A stretch of DNA of 64,000 nt, from NCBI GenBank assembly GCA_050248855.1, contig JBFWRP010000001.1:128001-192000 (forward strand). The letters run 5' to 3'. The position numbers and the translations under genes were made by a program. The notes beneath the pieces are model-generated. The model was not told the origin of the DNA, did not search any database, and saw nothing but the letters and a program-made list of their open reading frames with translations. The stretch is from Planctomycetota bacterium. GTDB lineage: Bacteria > Planctomycetota > PLA2 > JAEUHO01. Below, one piece after another: positions 9,108-20,954 of this stretch (within the stretch, counting starts at the first letter, position 1; every line of letters begins with the position of its first letter).

Positions 9108-11110
9108 CAGCGCTTCTCCTCGCCCGCTTCCTCGCCGGCCAGCTCGGCCTCGATGGCGCGCACACGTGCCTCGATCGCCGGCGCGAAGGGATCGAGCCGG
9201 ATGTAGCTGCCGTAGGCCGATCCCGCCTCCTCGCGACGTCCCGCGATGTCCGCCGCGGCGCCCAGCAGGTACCAGCGCAAGGGATCCTCGGGCACCTCCC
9301 GGGCATCGGCGCGCAGGTGCGGCAGGATGGCCTCGAGCAGCGCGGGGTCATCGCGCACACGCTGCCAGCCGGCGAGGGCGCTTCGCGCCGCGGCGATCCG
9401 TACGGCAGGGGACGTGTCCTCGAGCGCGCGCAGGAACGCCGCGCGCACGGCGTCCCCCTCGAGCTCGGCCAAGACGCCAGCTGCCCGACGTCGGACGAGG
9501 CTGTCCTCGTCCCGCAGACGTGCGAGCACCGCGAGCGGGACCTTCTTCGCGTACTTGCGCAGCAGCTCCATGGCCGTCGCACGCACGACGCGCGGGGCCT
9601 GCGCGTCGGCCAACACGGCGAGCAGCGCCGTCTCCCCGCCCTCCTTGCCCAGGCGCCCGGCCGCGATGGCCCGTACCCAGTCCGCAAGCGGCCGCATCTC
9701 GGGCCACCACGCGGTCGCGGCGGCCTTCAGCTCGGCGGTCGTGCGAGGCGGCGCGACCTGGCTTCCCAGCGGCCCCGCCGTGTGGCAGGTCGTGCACGCA
9801 TCCGCCGCCAGGCGGTCCGCCTCCAGCTCCAGGCCCGGACGCGGAACGGAGATCGAGTGGTCCGCCACGTACCCGTGCCCCCGCTCGATGCGCAGGAACG
9901 GCATGTGGCAGGCGACGCAGGAGGAGCCCTCCCCCAGGGGGTCGTGGTGCGTGTGCGCCGCGATGTCCGCACCGATCTCCTCGTGGCACACCGTGCAGGC
10001 GCGCGGATCGCCCGGCGGCAAGCGCAGCTGGCTCGCATGCGGACTGCCGTGCGGGTCGTGGCACGTGAAGCACGTGAGCTCGCCCTCGATGGCGCAGCGG
10101 CTCACCGAGAACGGCAGGCCGTCGTAGATCAGCTCCGTGACGCGACCGAGAGGGTCGACGCGCTCCGGGTCGATGATCAGCGTGGGGTCGACGTGCTCGA
10201 ACACGTCGTCACCGGGTCGGAAGGAGCGCGTGACGAGATCGGCCTCCATGTGGCACTGGAGGCAAGCGGACAGGGCCCGGTCCGTCGCAAGCCCGGCGAG
10301 CCGGAGCACGGGATCGTCCGGACGCGGAAGCGGACGTCCCGCCTCCTTGGCCTCGTGCCACGCCACGTGCTCGGCGCCGGGACCGTGGCACATCTCGCAG
10401 TCGGTGCCCAGGGAGCGCTCGATCGTCCGGCGACCTTCCGCCACGGGCGCGCCTTCGACGGGACGGCTGCCGCTGGAGTGGCAGCGCACGCAGCTGCTGT
10501 CCCAGCTGCGCGTGGTGCCGGTCCAGAACGAAGCGTCGCCCGGATTCACGATGGGCGCCTCGTCCCAGTCCAGCCCCGGCGCGCCGAACAGCAGATGCGT
10601 GTAGTCGAACCACGCCCCCGTCGGGACTTCCAGCATGGCCGGCAGGACCTGCCGACGGCCGTCGGGGAGCGTGGTCACGAACATCTGGACGCGCATGCGG
10701 CCGACGGCGTGCGTGAGGTGGTAGTCCGTCAGCTGCCCGTCGGGACCGACCGTGCGGGCCAACCAGCGGTCGCCTTCCTTGCGCCACGTCGTGCGACCCG
10801 GCGGATGGTCGACCGAGGCCCCGGCAAGCACGTCGGCGGGCAGGTTGTGGGGCCCCACGGGCAAGAAGGTGCGCGCGTGGCTCGACGTCGACCAGAGCGC
10901 GGCCTCCTCCGCATGGCATCGCGCGCACACCGCGGCGCCGACGTACCCCGGGTCCAGGATGCCGGCCGCGTCCGACGGCAGCTCGGCCGGTGCGCGCTCG
11001 TCGGCAGCGACCTGCGCGGCGCCCGGCACGAGAGCCCAGGCAGCCGCGAACACCACCACGACGGCCCCCCACCGCGCCGCGCGCTCGCGAACCCGACGAC
11101 CCTGGCTCAC
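9107..11110 (-). CDS. Exported octaheme c-type cytochrome with C-terminal HEAT/TPR
   Basis: Eight CxxCH motifs (CARCH, CVRCH, CEMCH, CLQCH, CFTCH, CTVCH, CVACH, CTTCH); signal peptide; AGGAGG before GTG 11110. Confidence 0.9.
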   Translation of the reverse strand: MSQGRRVRERAARWGAVVVVFAAAWALVPGAAQVAADERAPAELPSDAAGILDPGYVGAAVCARCHAEEAALWSTSSHARTFLPVGPHNLPADVLAGASVDHPPGRTTWRKEGDRWLARTVGPDGQLTDYHLTHAVGRMRVQMFVTTLPDGRRQVLPAMLEVPTGAWFDYTHLLFGAPGLDWDEAPIVNPGDASFWTGTTRSWDSSCVRCHSSGSRPVEGAPVAEGRRTIERSLGTDCEMCHGPGAEHVAWHEAKEAGRPLPRPDDPVLRLAGLATDRALSACLQCHMEADLVTRSFRPGDDVFEHVDPTLIIDPERVDPLGRVTELIYDGLPFSVSRCAIEGELTCFTCHDPHGSPHASQLRLPPGDPRACTVCHEEIGADIAAHTHHDPLGEGSSCVACHMPFLRIERGHGYVADHSISVPRPGLELEADRLAADACTTCHTAGPLGSQVAPPRTTAELKAAATAWWPEMRPLADWVRAIAAGRLGKEGGETALLAVLADAQAPRVVRATAMELLRKYAKKVPLAVLARLRDEDSLVRRRAAGVLAELEGDAVRAAFLRALEDTSPAVRIAAARSALAGWQRVRDDPALLEAILPHLRADAREVPEDPLRWYLLGAAADIAGRREEAGSAYGSYIRLDPFAPAIEARVRAIEAELAGEEAGEEKR

Positions 11111-11421
11111 ACGACCTCCTTGCACGCCCACGATACCGGCCCCTCCCACCCCCCGCGCCAGCCCCGACCGCGGTTGTCTCGACTGTCACTGCCAGCAGCG
11201 TCCGCCGACGGGCCGCAGGCCGCCTCCGACACGCATCGGGTCGTCAGGGCACCGTGAGGGGTGCAGGGGGGGTACGGAATAGCCCCCCTGCTGCGCAGGC
11301 GAAGCCGGAGCACCGAGTCCGCGCGGGAGCGCGGAACGATCGTCCAAGACGTTCGAAGGCAAGGGCGGCGGGTGTCGATATCGCGGCGAGCCGCACTCCC
11401 CCACCCCAGGCGCCGACCGAA

Positions 11422-12441
11422 TCAACGCGTGGAGTGCCAGCGGAGGCCGAGGGTAAGCACCTTGTGGATGAGCTGGTCGTAGGCGAGACCGGCGGCCAGG
11501 GCGGCCTTCGCGAAGTCCTCGTCGTGCGCGAGGTCGGGGTTGGCGTTGCCTTCGAGCACGTACACCTCGCCCTCGTCGGTGACGCGGAAGTCGAAGCGCG
11601 CGTAGCCGTTCATGCCCAGGTGCCGGAACAGGCGGCGCGCGACCTTGCGCATGCGATCGGCCGAGCCGGGCGGGAGGTCCTGCGCGGCATCGCTGCGGAT
11701 GTCGTAGCGCTCCTGGTAGCCCAGGTCGAACTTGACGCTCTCGGTGGCAATGCGCGCGCTGCCCGCGGGGAGCCCGCCGAGCAGCAGCTCCCACGGCGGG
11801 AAGAGCTGCGCGCGCTGGTTGCCCAGCACGCCGATGTAGACCTCGCGTCCTTCGATGAAGCGCTCGGCGATGGCGTCGTCCACGATGTGGTCGTGGACGA
11901 AGGCGACGCGACGCACCAGCTGCTCGTCCGTCTCCACGATGCTGGCCTGCGAGATGCCGGCGGAGGCGTCTTCGTTCAGGGACTTCACGATCAGGGGGAA
12001 CCCGAGCCGCGCGGGCCGCCGCACCTTCTGGCCGCGGGGAAACACGGCAAACGGCGGCGCAGGGAGCCGGTGGTAGACGCAGATCTTCTTGGTGAGGGCC
12101 TTGTCGCGGCTCAACACCAGCCCCCGCGAGTTGCATCCCGTGAAGGGCATGCGCATCAGCTCGAGGTAGGCCACCACGTTGGCGTCGAACGCGACGACGC
12201 CATGGAAGTCCTCGAGCATGTTGAACACGATGTGCGGCTTGACCTCTTCGAGGGCCTCGCGGATGCGACGCAGCTCGTCAACGACCTCGACGCACGTGAC
12301 CTCGTGCCCGAGCGACTCCAGCGCCTGGAGCACGTCGTACTCCATCTTCCAGCGGCTGATCTCCCGCTCGGGAACTCCCTCCAGCGAGTCGGGCGGCATG
12401 AGCCCTTCCCGGACGAGGGCGAGGACGCGACGTCGCTTCAT
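11422..12441 (-). CDS. D-Ala-D-Ala ligase-like ATP-grasp enzyme
   Basis: PFTG, DKALTK, FPLIVK, AERFIEGRE, YARFDFR, LEGNANP; lacks the canonical Ddl N-terminal GGxSxE motif. Confidence 0.85.
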   Translation of the reverse strand: MKRRRVLALVREGLMPPDSLEGVPEREISRWKMEYDVLQALESLGHEVTCVEVVDELRRIREALEEVKPHIVFNMLEDFHGVVAFDANVVAYLELMRMPFTGCNSRGLVLSRDKALTKKICVYHRLPAPPFAVFPRGQKVRRPARLGFPLIVKSLNEDASAGISQASIVETDEQLVRRVAFVHDHIVDDAIAERFIEGREVYIGVLGNQRAQLFPPWELLLGGLPAGSARIATESVKFDLGYQERYDIRSDAAQDLPPGSADRMRKVARRLFRHLGMNGYARFDFRVTDEGEVYVLEGNANPDLAHDEDFAKAALAAGLAYDQLIHKVLTLGLRWHSTR

Positions 12442-12451
12442 GGCCAAGCCC

Positions 12452-13495
12452 TCACAGCGCCACCCGGTGGCCGCGGCCGCGGGCGGCCGCCAGGACCTGC
12501 ACGGTGAGCAAGATGGCCGACTCCAGGCGCACCTTGCGCAACGCACGACGCCGCTTGAGACGGAGGAGCCGAGCGCGCGATGTCATCTCGCGCAGGTACT
12601 GCTGGACCGTGTAGGGGTGCATGCCCGTCCAGGCGGCCACGCGACGCCGCAGATCGGGGGCCTCGCGCTGCAGGAACGTCGCGGCCGACTCCGCGGAGCG
12701 CACGCTGTCGTCGGCGCCGAAGACGCGACGCAGGTCGGCGTCCAGGACGTGCTGCCCATCCAGACCGTAGTGGCTGCGGCGCCGCGCGTAGTGCTTGGCC
12801 AAGGTCATGTCCATGCGGCCGAGCGGGTCCACTTGCCGGCGCGTCCTCACGGGTGGCGTCGTCGGGCCCACCTCGCGCATCGTGCGGTCGACGTACTCGA
12901 GCTTGGCGAGCGCCTTCCAGCCCGCATAACGCGTTCGCCAACGGGCGCGAGGCTGAAGCCACACGGCGAACGTCTCCGCGAAGTCCTCGGCCGGATGGCT
13001 CTGCGCGTACCACCCGTCCAAGTGCTGGACGAAGGCGTCGCTGCGCGGATTGGGCACGTAGACCTCGGGGTAGGGCACGCTGGAGGAGCCGAAGGTCGTG
13101 CGCCACGCGGCCGAGCGCCGTAGCCGCCACGCGGTGTCCACGGCATGGCCGGCCTCGTGGCGCAGGATGCGCAGCGCCTCTTCGCGGGTCCCGCCCTCGG
13201 CCTCCACCATCTGCCGGCGCTCCAGGGCCAGCAGCCGCGGATGGGCCAGGTAGAAGGGAATGGCGATGCCCGGGACGCCGTCGGGCGAGAACCACTCGTT
13301 GCTGTACCAGACGTGAGGCCGGAAGCGGATGCCGCGGCTGGCCATCTCGCGGTGCAAGCGCTGGACGAGTGGCTCCACCCACGACCCCCGCATCGACAGC
13401 TTGAGGTCCTTGAAGCGAAGGGCCAGGAGCTGCGCATCGGTGGCCCGGGCCCACGCGGGCTCGGCGGGCTTGCGCGGACTCCGTTGGGCGGGCAT
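12452..13495 (-). CDS. Putative zinc-binding metallopeptidase (Peptidase_Mx-like)
   Basis: LRHEAGH, EWFSPDGVPGIAIPFYLAHP, YAQSHPAEDFAETFAVWL. Confidence 0.85.
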   Translation of the reverse strand: MPAQRSPRKPAEPAWARATDAQLLALRFKDLKLSMRGSWVEPLVQRLHREMASRGIRFRPHVWYSNEWFSPDGVPGIAIPFYLAHPRLLALERRQMVEAEGGTREEALRILRHEAGHAVDTAWRLRRSAAWRTTFGSSSVPYPEVYVPNPRSDAFVQHLDGWYAQSHPAEDFAETFAVWLQPRARWRTRYAGWKALAKLEYVDRTMREVGPTTPPVRTRRQVDPLGRMDMTLAKHYARRRSHYGLDGQHVLDADLRRVFGADDSVRSAESAATFLQREAPDLRRRVAAWTGMHPYTVQQYLREMTSRARLLRLKRRRALRKVRLESAILLTVQVLAAARGRGHRVAL

Positions 13496-13576
13496 GGCCC
13501 CCACCCTACGGAGCGAGGCGTCGAATCCATGCTCCATCTGTCGAAGCGCGGGAGTCGCGCGTCGACGACGTCGCCG

Positions 13577-14926
13577 TCAATCGCGGCGCGCGCGGAGGAC
13601 GACGTACGGTCCGAAGGTCTTGACCTCCGTGAAGCGGAACAGGACGGCGCCCCCGCCGAGCGCGTGGACGGGGCCGAGGGTGCCGACGCGCGCCACGAGC
13701 CCGAGGGTTCGCTGCGCGTCGAACGCAAGGGCATCGAAGGCCTTCAGATGCCCGGCCCGCCGCTCATCGCCGCTCGCCCCCTCGGAGACCGCCTCGACGC
13801 CGCCGGGAAGCCCGTCCGCAGCGCTCGCCCGCTCGGCTTCGGAAGCAGGAGCCGCGAACGCAACGAGTCCCCCCGGCCCGGCCGCCTCGGCGGCCAGCTC
13901 CGCGGCCCGCTCCAGCCACCTCGCGCGCGCTGCCGTGGACTCCGCCCCGGCCGGCCACAGCCGACCCGCCGCGGGAACGGCCAGCAGCAGCGTGGCCAGG
14001 GCCCCGAGCGCCAGCGTGACCAACCGCGCGCGCGAGGCCCACACGGGGCCCACGCGCGCAAGGCCCCGGGCGCCGAGCACGAGCAGCAGCGGGATCACGA
14101 GGGGCGCCACGGCCAACGGGCCTGCGCCGGGCACCGCGGGCGCGACCAGGTCGGCGAGCCCGTAGAGCAGGGCGGCGGCAGCCAGGCTGCCCCACCCGAG
14201 CACGCGGCCCGGCAGGCCGGGTGCGCCCGAGAGCGCCGGAAGTAGGCCGAAGGCGAGCGGACCTGCGGCGACGAGCACGAGGGCCACCAGCGCCTCGACG
14301 GCTCCCAGTCCGGACAGCGAGGTGCCCCGCGCACCCGGGAGGAGCGCGAAGGCGAGCAGGGACACAGCGCCGGGAAGCCAGCGCAGCGTCGGGCTGGTCT
14401 CCCGACGGGCATGGTGGACGAGGAGCGGAACCGCGGCCAGGAGGCCGTACGGCGCTCCGACGCTCACGAGGGCACCTGCCACGCCCACCTGCCGCGCTTC
14501 GACCAGGCCGGGTGCGTCGCGGCGCAGGATCGCGGCCGTGAAGAGCAGGGCGGCCAGCGCCAAGCCATGATCCGCTGCACCACCCGCGGCGATGGACAGG
14601 GATGGATGCAGGAGCGTGAGCAGCCCGACCACGACGGCCGTGGCGCCGCGGGCGCCGGTACGGCGTGCCAACACCGCGGCCAGGGGCGCCAGGGCGGCGC
14701 CGGCCAGCGTCTCGACGAGACGCACGGCCGTGGTGGCCGAAAGCCCCGCGACGTGGGGCAGGAAGGCGAGCCAGGCCGTCAGCAGGCCACCGCCGGGCGG
14801 CGCCGCCAAGCGCGCCTCGGCAAGACCCCGCGTGGCTGCCGCCACCTCGGCACCCGCACCGCTCAAGGGCAGGTGGAACGCCTCCGCGCGCACGAGCAAG
14901 CCCGCCACGGCCAGGGCGGCCAGCAC
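13577..14926 (-). CDS. Polytopic membrane protein, weakly GT-C (ArnT/PMT)-like; start uncertain
   Basis: Many hydrophobic segments; PPGG...AVRL...LARR...LLTLLHP pattern reminiscent of GT-C N-termini; follows nucleotide-sugar genes. Confidence 0.5.
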   Translation of the reverse strand: MLAALAVAGLLVRAEAFHLPLSGAGAEVAAATRGLAEARLAAPPGGGLLTAWLAFLPHVAGLSATTAVRLVETLAGAALAPLAAVLARRTGARGATAVVVGLLTLLHPSLSIAAGGAADHGLALAALLFTAAILRRDAPGLVEARQVGVAGALVSVGAPYGLLAAVPLLVHHARRETSPTLRWLPGAVSLLAFALLPGARGTSLSGLGAVEALVALVLVAAGPLAFGLLPALSGAPGLPGRVLGWGSLAAAALLYGLADLVAPAVPGAGPLAVAPLVIPLLLVLGARGLARVGPVWASRARLVTLALGALATLLLAVPAAGRLWPAGAESTAARARWLERAAELAAEAAGPGGLVAFAAPASEAERASAADGLPGGVEAVSEGASGDERRAGHLKAFDALAFDAQRTLGLVARVGTLGPVHALGGGAVLFRFTEVKTFGPYVVLRARRD

Positions 14927-15140
14927 GGCGCCGCCGCCCGACGGGGGCTTCGTGAAGCCCGGGGGGCGAGGCGGTCGCGGCCCCCCCGGCAGGACATCCG
15001 ACGGCGCGGGCTCGACGCGACCGGGAGCGGGGGACGACGACGGCGGATGCACGGACGCAGCCCCCTCCGAGCCAGCGTCGGCCTGCCGGGGCAGGCCGCA
15101 CCAAAGGACACCCCCAAGGCCAAGCCCGCCCTCGTGGCCA

Positions 15141-15184
15141 GCCGCCCGGCACGGGGCCGAGCCGCCCGGCACGGGCCCGAGCCG
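15141..15184. repeat. 20-nt tandem direct repeat (x2.2)
   Basis: GCCGCCCGGCACGGGGCCGA / GCCGCCCGGCACGGGCCCGA / GCCG. Confidence 0.6.
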
Positions 15185-15284
15185 GCGCGCGCCCCGCAGC
15201 GCCCAAGGGTGCTTGCGACGCGCCAACGCGCACCGCGGAGCCCCCACCGGGCCGGCACCCGGGGCCGCCGTCACGCTGCAGCCG

Positions 15285-16253
15285 TCAGGCCTTGGCGCGT
15301 GCTCGCGACGTCTTCGGCAGGTTCTTCTTGTACCAGAGCAACGTCTTGGCCAGCCCCTCGGCGATGCGCACGCGGGGGCGGAAGCCCAGCACTTCCTGCG
15401 CCTTCACGATGTCGGCCAGACCGTGGCGGACGTCGCTGGAACGGGCGTCGGCGAAATCCGGCGTGATCTCGCGCTCGAGCATCGTCCCGAACATCGTCAG
15501 GAGACCACCCACGCTGAGACGGCTGCCCGAGGCGATGTTGAAGACCTCGCCCTCGGCCTTCGGGGCAACGCAGGCCAAGCGGAACGCCTCGATGACGTCC
15601 GAGACGTAGATGAAGTCCCGCGACTGCTTGCCGTCGCCGAAGACGACGGGGGTCTCTCCGCGCAGGATCGCCGCGCAGAACGCGCCGACCACGCCCCCAT
15701 GCGGCCCCTCGATGCCCTGCCGCGGCCCGTACACGTTGAACAGGCGCAACGAGACCGTCTCGAGGCGGTAGGTCGTGTAGAAGACGCGCGTCAGCTCTTC
15801 GCCCATCAGCGCCCCCGCCCCGATGGGCGCGTAGGGCGTGGGAAGCATGTTCTCTTCCTTGGGCAGGACCGGGCTCTCGCCGTAGACGGCGGCGCTCGAC
15901 GCGAACACGACGCGCTTGACCTTCATGTCGCGCGCGGCGATGAGGCAGTTGAGGGTCCCGACCGCGGCGATCTCGATCGCGGTCTTGGGGTCTTGCACGG
16001 ACGGCTCGACACCCGGCGGGCAGGCCAGGTGCAGGAGGTAGTCGCAGCCCTTGGCGGCCTTGCGGACCTCCTTCTCGTCCCGGATGTCGGCCTCGTGGAC
16101 CTTGACGTCCGTGGCGCGCTGGTCTTGGAGGTTCTTGCGGGAACCGGTGCTCATGTCGTCGAGCACGACGACCTTGTCGCCGCTCGCAACCAGGGCGTCG
16201 ACCAGGTTGGACCCGATGAAGCCCGCACCGCCCGTCACCAGGTACTTGGCCAT
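15285..16253 (-). CDS. Extended-SDR NAD-dependent epimerase homolog lacking YxxxK
   Basis: LVTGGAGFIGS, FASSAAVYG, RLFNVYGPRQ, GDGKQSRDFIYV; catalytic segment reads PIGAGALMGE. Confidence 0.85.
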   Translation of the reverse strand: MAKYLVTGGAGFIGSNLVDALVASGDKVVVLDDMSTGSRKNLQDQRATDVKVHEADIRDEKEVRKAAKGCDYLLHLACPPGVEPSVQDPKTAIEIAAVGTLNCLIAARDMKVKRVVFASSAAVYGESPVLPKEENMLPTPYAPIGAGALMGEELTRVFYTTYRLETVSLRLFNVYGPRQGIEGPHGGVVGAFCAAILRGETPVVFGDGKQSRDFIYVSDVIEAFRLACVAPKAEGEVFNIASGSRLSVGGLLTMFGTMLEREITPDFADARSSDVRHGLADIVKAQEVLGFRPRVRIAEGLAKTLLWYKKNLPKTSRARAKA

Positions 16254-16387
16254 CCCAGCTCCTCGTCCACCAGCGGGAAAGCGGGGCGTGGCACCCCCAA
16301 GGTGGCCGGGAAAGGTAGGTCCCGGGGGCCCTGGCGCGAAGCGTTTTCCCAGCGTCCCCAGGCCGCTGCGCCGCGTGCCGCGTTCCG

Positions 16388-17364
16388 TCAGGCTCGCGGC
16401 GAGACCCCGCCGGCACGGGCGCGGAACCAAGCCAGCGTCGTGGCGAGCCCGGCCCTGAGGCCCACCCGCGGACTCCAGCCCAGGGCCCTCAGGCGGGTGA
16501 TGTCCGGCTCGCGACGCTGCGGGTCGTCGGCGTTGGCCGGTTCGTGCAGCACGCCCCCCGGATGCCCGGCCAGCTCCGCGATCAAGTGCGCGAACTGCAG
16601 GATCGAGAGCTCGCCGGGGGCGCCGACGTTGACGGGCTCCCCGTCGCCGTGCTGGGCCACGGTCAGCAGGCCCTCCACCGTGTCGTCGACGAACGAGAAG
16701 CTCCGTGTCTGCGTGCCGTCGCCATGGACCGGCAGCGGCTGCCCGGCCAACGCGGCGCCGACGAACGCCGGCAGGACACGTCCGTCGTCGGGTCGCATGC
16801 GTGGCCCGTACGTGTTGAAGATGCGCGCGATCTGCGTGGACACGCCGCGGTGGCGGCGCCACGCCATGGTGAGCGCCTCGGCGTACCGCTTGGCCTCGTC
16901 GTACACGCTGCGCGGGCCGATCGGGTTCACGCGCCCCCAGTAGGACTCGGGCTGGGGGAAGACCTCGGGGTCGCCGTACACCTCGCTCGTGCTGGCGAGC
17001 AGGAACCGTGCGCCGGTTTCCTCGGCCAGGGCCAAGGCGTTCTCCGTGCCGAGGCTGCCGGTCCGCAGGATCTCGAGCGGCATGCGGGCGAAGTCCACGG
17101 GGCTGGCCGGGCTCGCCAGATGCAGCACGCCGGCCAGCGGCCCCTCGACGGCGAGAGGCGTGCAGACGTCCTGCTCGACGAACGTGAAGCGCTCGTTGCC
17201 CTCGTGGTGCGCGATGTTCTCGTGGCGCCCCGTGCAGAGGTTGTCGATCACGGTGACCCGGTGGCCGCGCTCCATGAGTCGGTCCACCATGTGGCTGCCG
17301 ACGAAACCGGCGCCACCCGTGACCACCAGGTGACTGCCGGGGGGGAACGGCGCGCCGGGTCCGC

Positions 17365-17368
<4 letters not shown>
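16388..17368 (-). CDS. UDP-glucuronate decarboxylase (UXS-like SDR)
   Basis: [57 protein letters not shown]. Confidence 0.92.
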
Positions 17369-18705
<1,337 letters not shown>

Positions 18706-18709
18706 GCGT

Positions 18710-19210
18710 TCAGGCGACCTTCACGCGGAAGAGCGGTTCGCCATACTCGACGGGTTGGCCGTCTTCGGCGAGGACCTCGACGATTTCGCCCGAGAGCTCG
18801 GCCTGGATCTCGTTGTTGACCTTCATCGCCTCGACGATGCAGACGACGGTCTGCGCGCTGACGCGGTCCCCCACCTCGACGTAGGGCTCGGCGTCGGGGC
18901 TGGGCCGACGGTAGAAGGTCCCGACCATCGGCGAAGGGATGTCCTTGGTCCCAGGCGGCGGGCCGGCGGGTGCGTCGGCCGCTTCCCCGGGCGAGCCGCC
19001 CGGTGTCGGGGCGGCCGCCGGCGGTGGGACGAATCCGGGATGGGCATGGCCGAGCTGGGCGTAGCCGGGCTGGGCATAGGTCACGAGCGGCGCGGACGGC
19101 GCTTCGGCCTTGCGCAAGTGCACGCGCCAGCCCTCCTGCTCGAGCTCGACCTCCACGAGGCCGTTCTTGTTCATCAGCCTGACGAGCCGCCTGAGCTCCT
19201 GATGGTCCAT
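18710..19210 (-). CDS. accB: Biotin carboxyl carrier protein
   Basis: [13 protein letters not shown] biotinylation site, Pro/Ala linker; adjacent to accC. Confidence 0.96.
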   Translation of the reverse strand: MDHQELRRLVRLMNKNGLVEVELEQEGWRVHLRKAEAPSAPLVTYAQPGYAQLGHAHPGFVPPPAAAPTPGGSPGEAADAPAGPPPGTKDIPSPMVGTFYRRPSPDAEPYVEVGDRVSAQTVVCIVEAMKVNNEIQAELSGEIVEVLAEDGQPVEYGEPLFRVKVA

Positions 19211-19419
19211 CAAGCCGCCTCCGCCGGGGCACCCGCCTTGGAGCCCATGACCGATCACCGGCATCGGGCTCCGCGTGCAGGCGCAAGCCCCGGGCTCCCG
19301 ACCTCAGGGCGCCCGTTGGCACACGCGCCAGCCCCGGGCCCCATGCGACGGCGCTTCGGCAGCCCGATCCTATCCCCGTGCCCAAAGGCCTCCAAGGCCG
19401 GCCCCTCCCCACGGTGGGG

Positions 19420-20451
19420 TCACGAGCGGAGCAGCTCCTCGGCGATCTCGATGGCGTTCTGGGCGGCTCCCTTGCGGACCTGGTCACCGGTCAGCCAGAG
19501 GTCCAGACCCCGCTCGTGCGAGGGGTCGCGGCGCACCCGGCCCACGAGCACGTCGTCCTGGCCGTCCGCATCCCGGGGCGTGGGAAACGCCAAGGACGCC
19601 GGGTCGTCCACCAAGCGGACACCGGGCGCGGCCCGGATCCAGCCGCGCGCCTCCTCCGGGGACACCGGGCGCTCGAGGACGAGGTTCACGGCCTCGGAGT
19701 GCGCGCGTCGGACGGGCACGCGCACGCAGGTTGCCGTGAGCCTGAGGTCGGGCCGCCCCAGCAGCCGACGGCTCTCGCGCACGAGCTTGCGCTCCTCCGT
19801 GGTCGTCCCGTCTTCGGTGAATGCCTGGACGAAGGGCAGGACGTTGGCGTGGATCGGCTTGGGGTAGACCGTCGCCTCGAGCGGCTGGCCCGCGCGCTCC
19901 TGCTCCCCTTGTCGGGCGAGCTCGTCCAGGGCCTTGGCGCCACTGCCGGAGACCGCTTGGTACGTGGCGACGACGGCACGTTCGATCTTGGCGTGGCGCT
20001 CGATCGGCGCCACCGCCATGACGAACAGGATCGTCGAGCAGTTGGGGTTGGCGACGAGGCCGGGGCGCGGACGATCGCCCGGGACGCGCAACGCATCGAG
20101 GTCGTGCGGGTTGACCTGCGGCACGACGAGGGGGACCGTCGGGTCTTCGCGGAAGGCCGAGCTGTTGTCGATCACCGTGGCACCTGCCGCGGCGGCGCGG
20201 CGGGCGTGGGCCGCCTGGGCGCTGCCTGCGCTGAAGAACGCGAAGTCCACGCCGGCGAAGTCCGCCGTGGCGAGGTCCTCGACCACGACGTCCCGATCGC
20301 GCCAGCGCACCGTCCGCCCCGCGCTCCGCGCCGAGGCCATCAAGCGCAGCGATCCCACGGGGAAGTCGCGCTCGTCGAGCATGGCGAGGATCTCCTCGCC
20401 GACGACACCGGTGGCTCCTGCCACCGCCACGGACCATGCCCGTCTCGTCAC
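19420..20451 (-). CDS. asd: Aspartate-semialdehyde dehydrogenase
   Basis: [51 protein letters not shown]. Confidence 0.96.
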   Translation of the reverse strand: MTRRAWSVAVAGATGVVGEEILAMLDERDFPVGSLRLMASARSAGRTVRWRDRDVVVEDLATADFAGVDFAFFSAGSAQAAHARRAAAAGATVIDNSSAFREDPTVPLVVPQVNPHDLDALRVPGDRPRPGLVANPNCSTILFVMAVAPIERHAKIERAVVATYQAVSGSGAKALDELARQGEQERAGQPLEATVYPKPIHANVLPFVQAFTEDGTTTEERKLVRESRRLLGRPDLRLTATCVRVPVRRAHSEAVNLVLERPVSPEEARGWIRAAPGVRLVDDPASLAFPTPRDADGQDDVLVGRVRRDPSHERGLDLWLTGDQVRKGAAQNAIEIAEELLRS

Positions 20452-20954
20452 GTCGTGCTCCCCCTCTCCTCGACGTCCGGGCGGCGCCACGCGCCGCTCT
20501 TCCCGCCGTCCTTCTCGAGCAGGCGCACGCCATCGATGGAGGCCGTGCGGTCCACGCCCTTGACCATGTCGTAGAGCGCAAGCGCGGCGACCGCGGCCGC
20601 GGTAAGGGCTTCCATCTCCACGCCGGTCCGTGCGGTCACCCGCGCCTCGGCGACGATGCGGACGGTGCCGGGCGCCTCGAGCTCGCAGCGCACGTCCACG
20701 TGGTCCAAGCCCAGGGGATGACAGAGCGGAATGAGGTCGGCGGTGCGCTTGGCGCCCTGGATGCCGGCAAGGCGTGCCACGGCCAGCGCATCGCCCTTGG
20801 CCGTGCGACCGTCGCGCACGAGCGCGAACGTCTCGGCCGAGAGGTTCACGCGCGCCTCGGCGAGCGCGCGTCGCGACGTGACGGCCTTGCCGCCCACGTC
20901 GACCATGCGTGCCTCGCCGGCGTCATCGGCATGCGTGAGTCGACGGCTGTCCAT
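20448..20954 (-). CDS. moaC: Cyclic pyranopterin monophosphate synthase
   Basis: LTH...[36 protein letters not shown]. Confidence 0.96.
   Translation of the reverse strand: MDSRRLTHADDAGEARMVDVGGKAVTSRRALAEARVNLSAETFALVRDGRTAKGDALAVARLAGIQGAKRTADLIPLCHPLGLDHVDVRCELEAPGTVRIVAEARVTARTGVEMEALTAAAVAALALYDMVKGVDRTASIDGVRLLEKDGGKSGAWRRPDVEERGSTT

Noticed and set aside
11150..11420. IS91/rolling-circle end remnant
   Set aside because: Only a vague resemblance; no transposase and no recognisable terminal consensus.
11422..12441. Assigning the symbol ddl
   Set aside because: D-Ala-binding motifs are missing and the context is a peptidase pair, not a cell-wall cluster.
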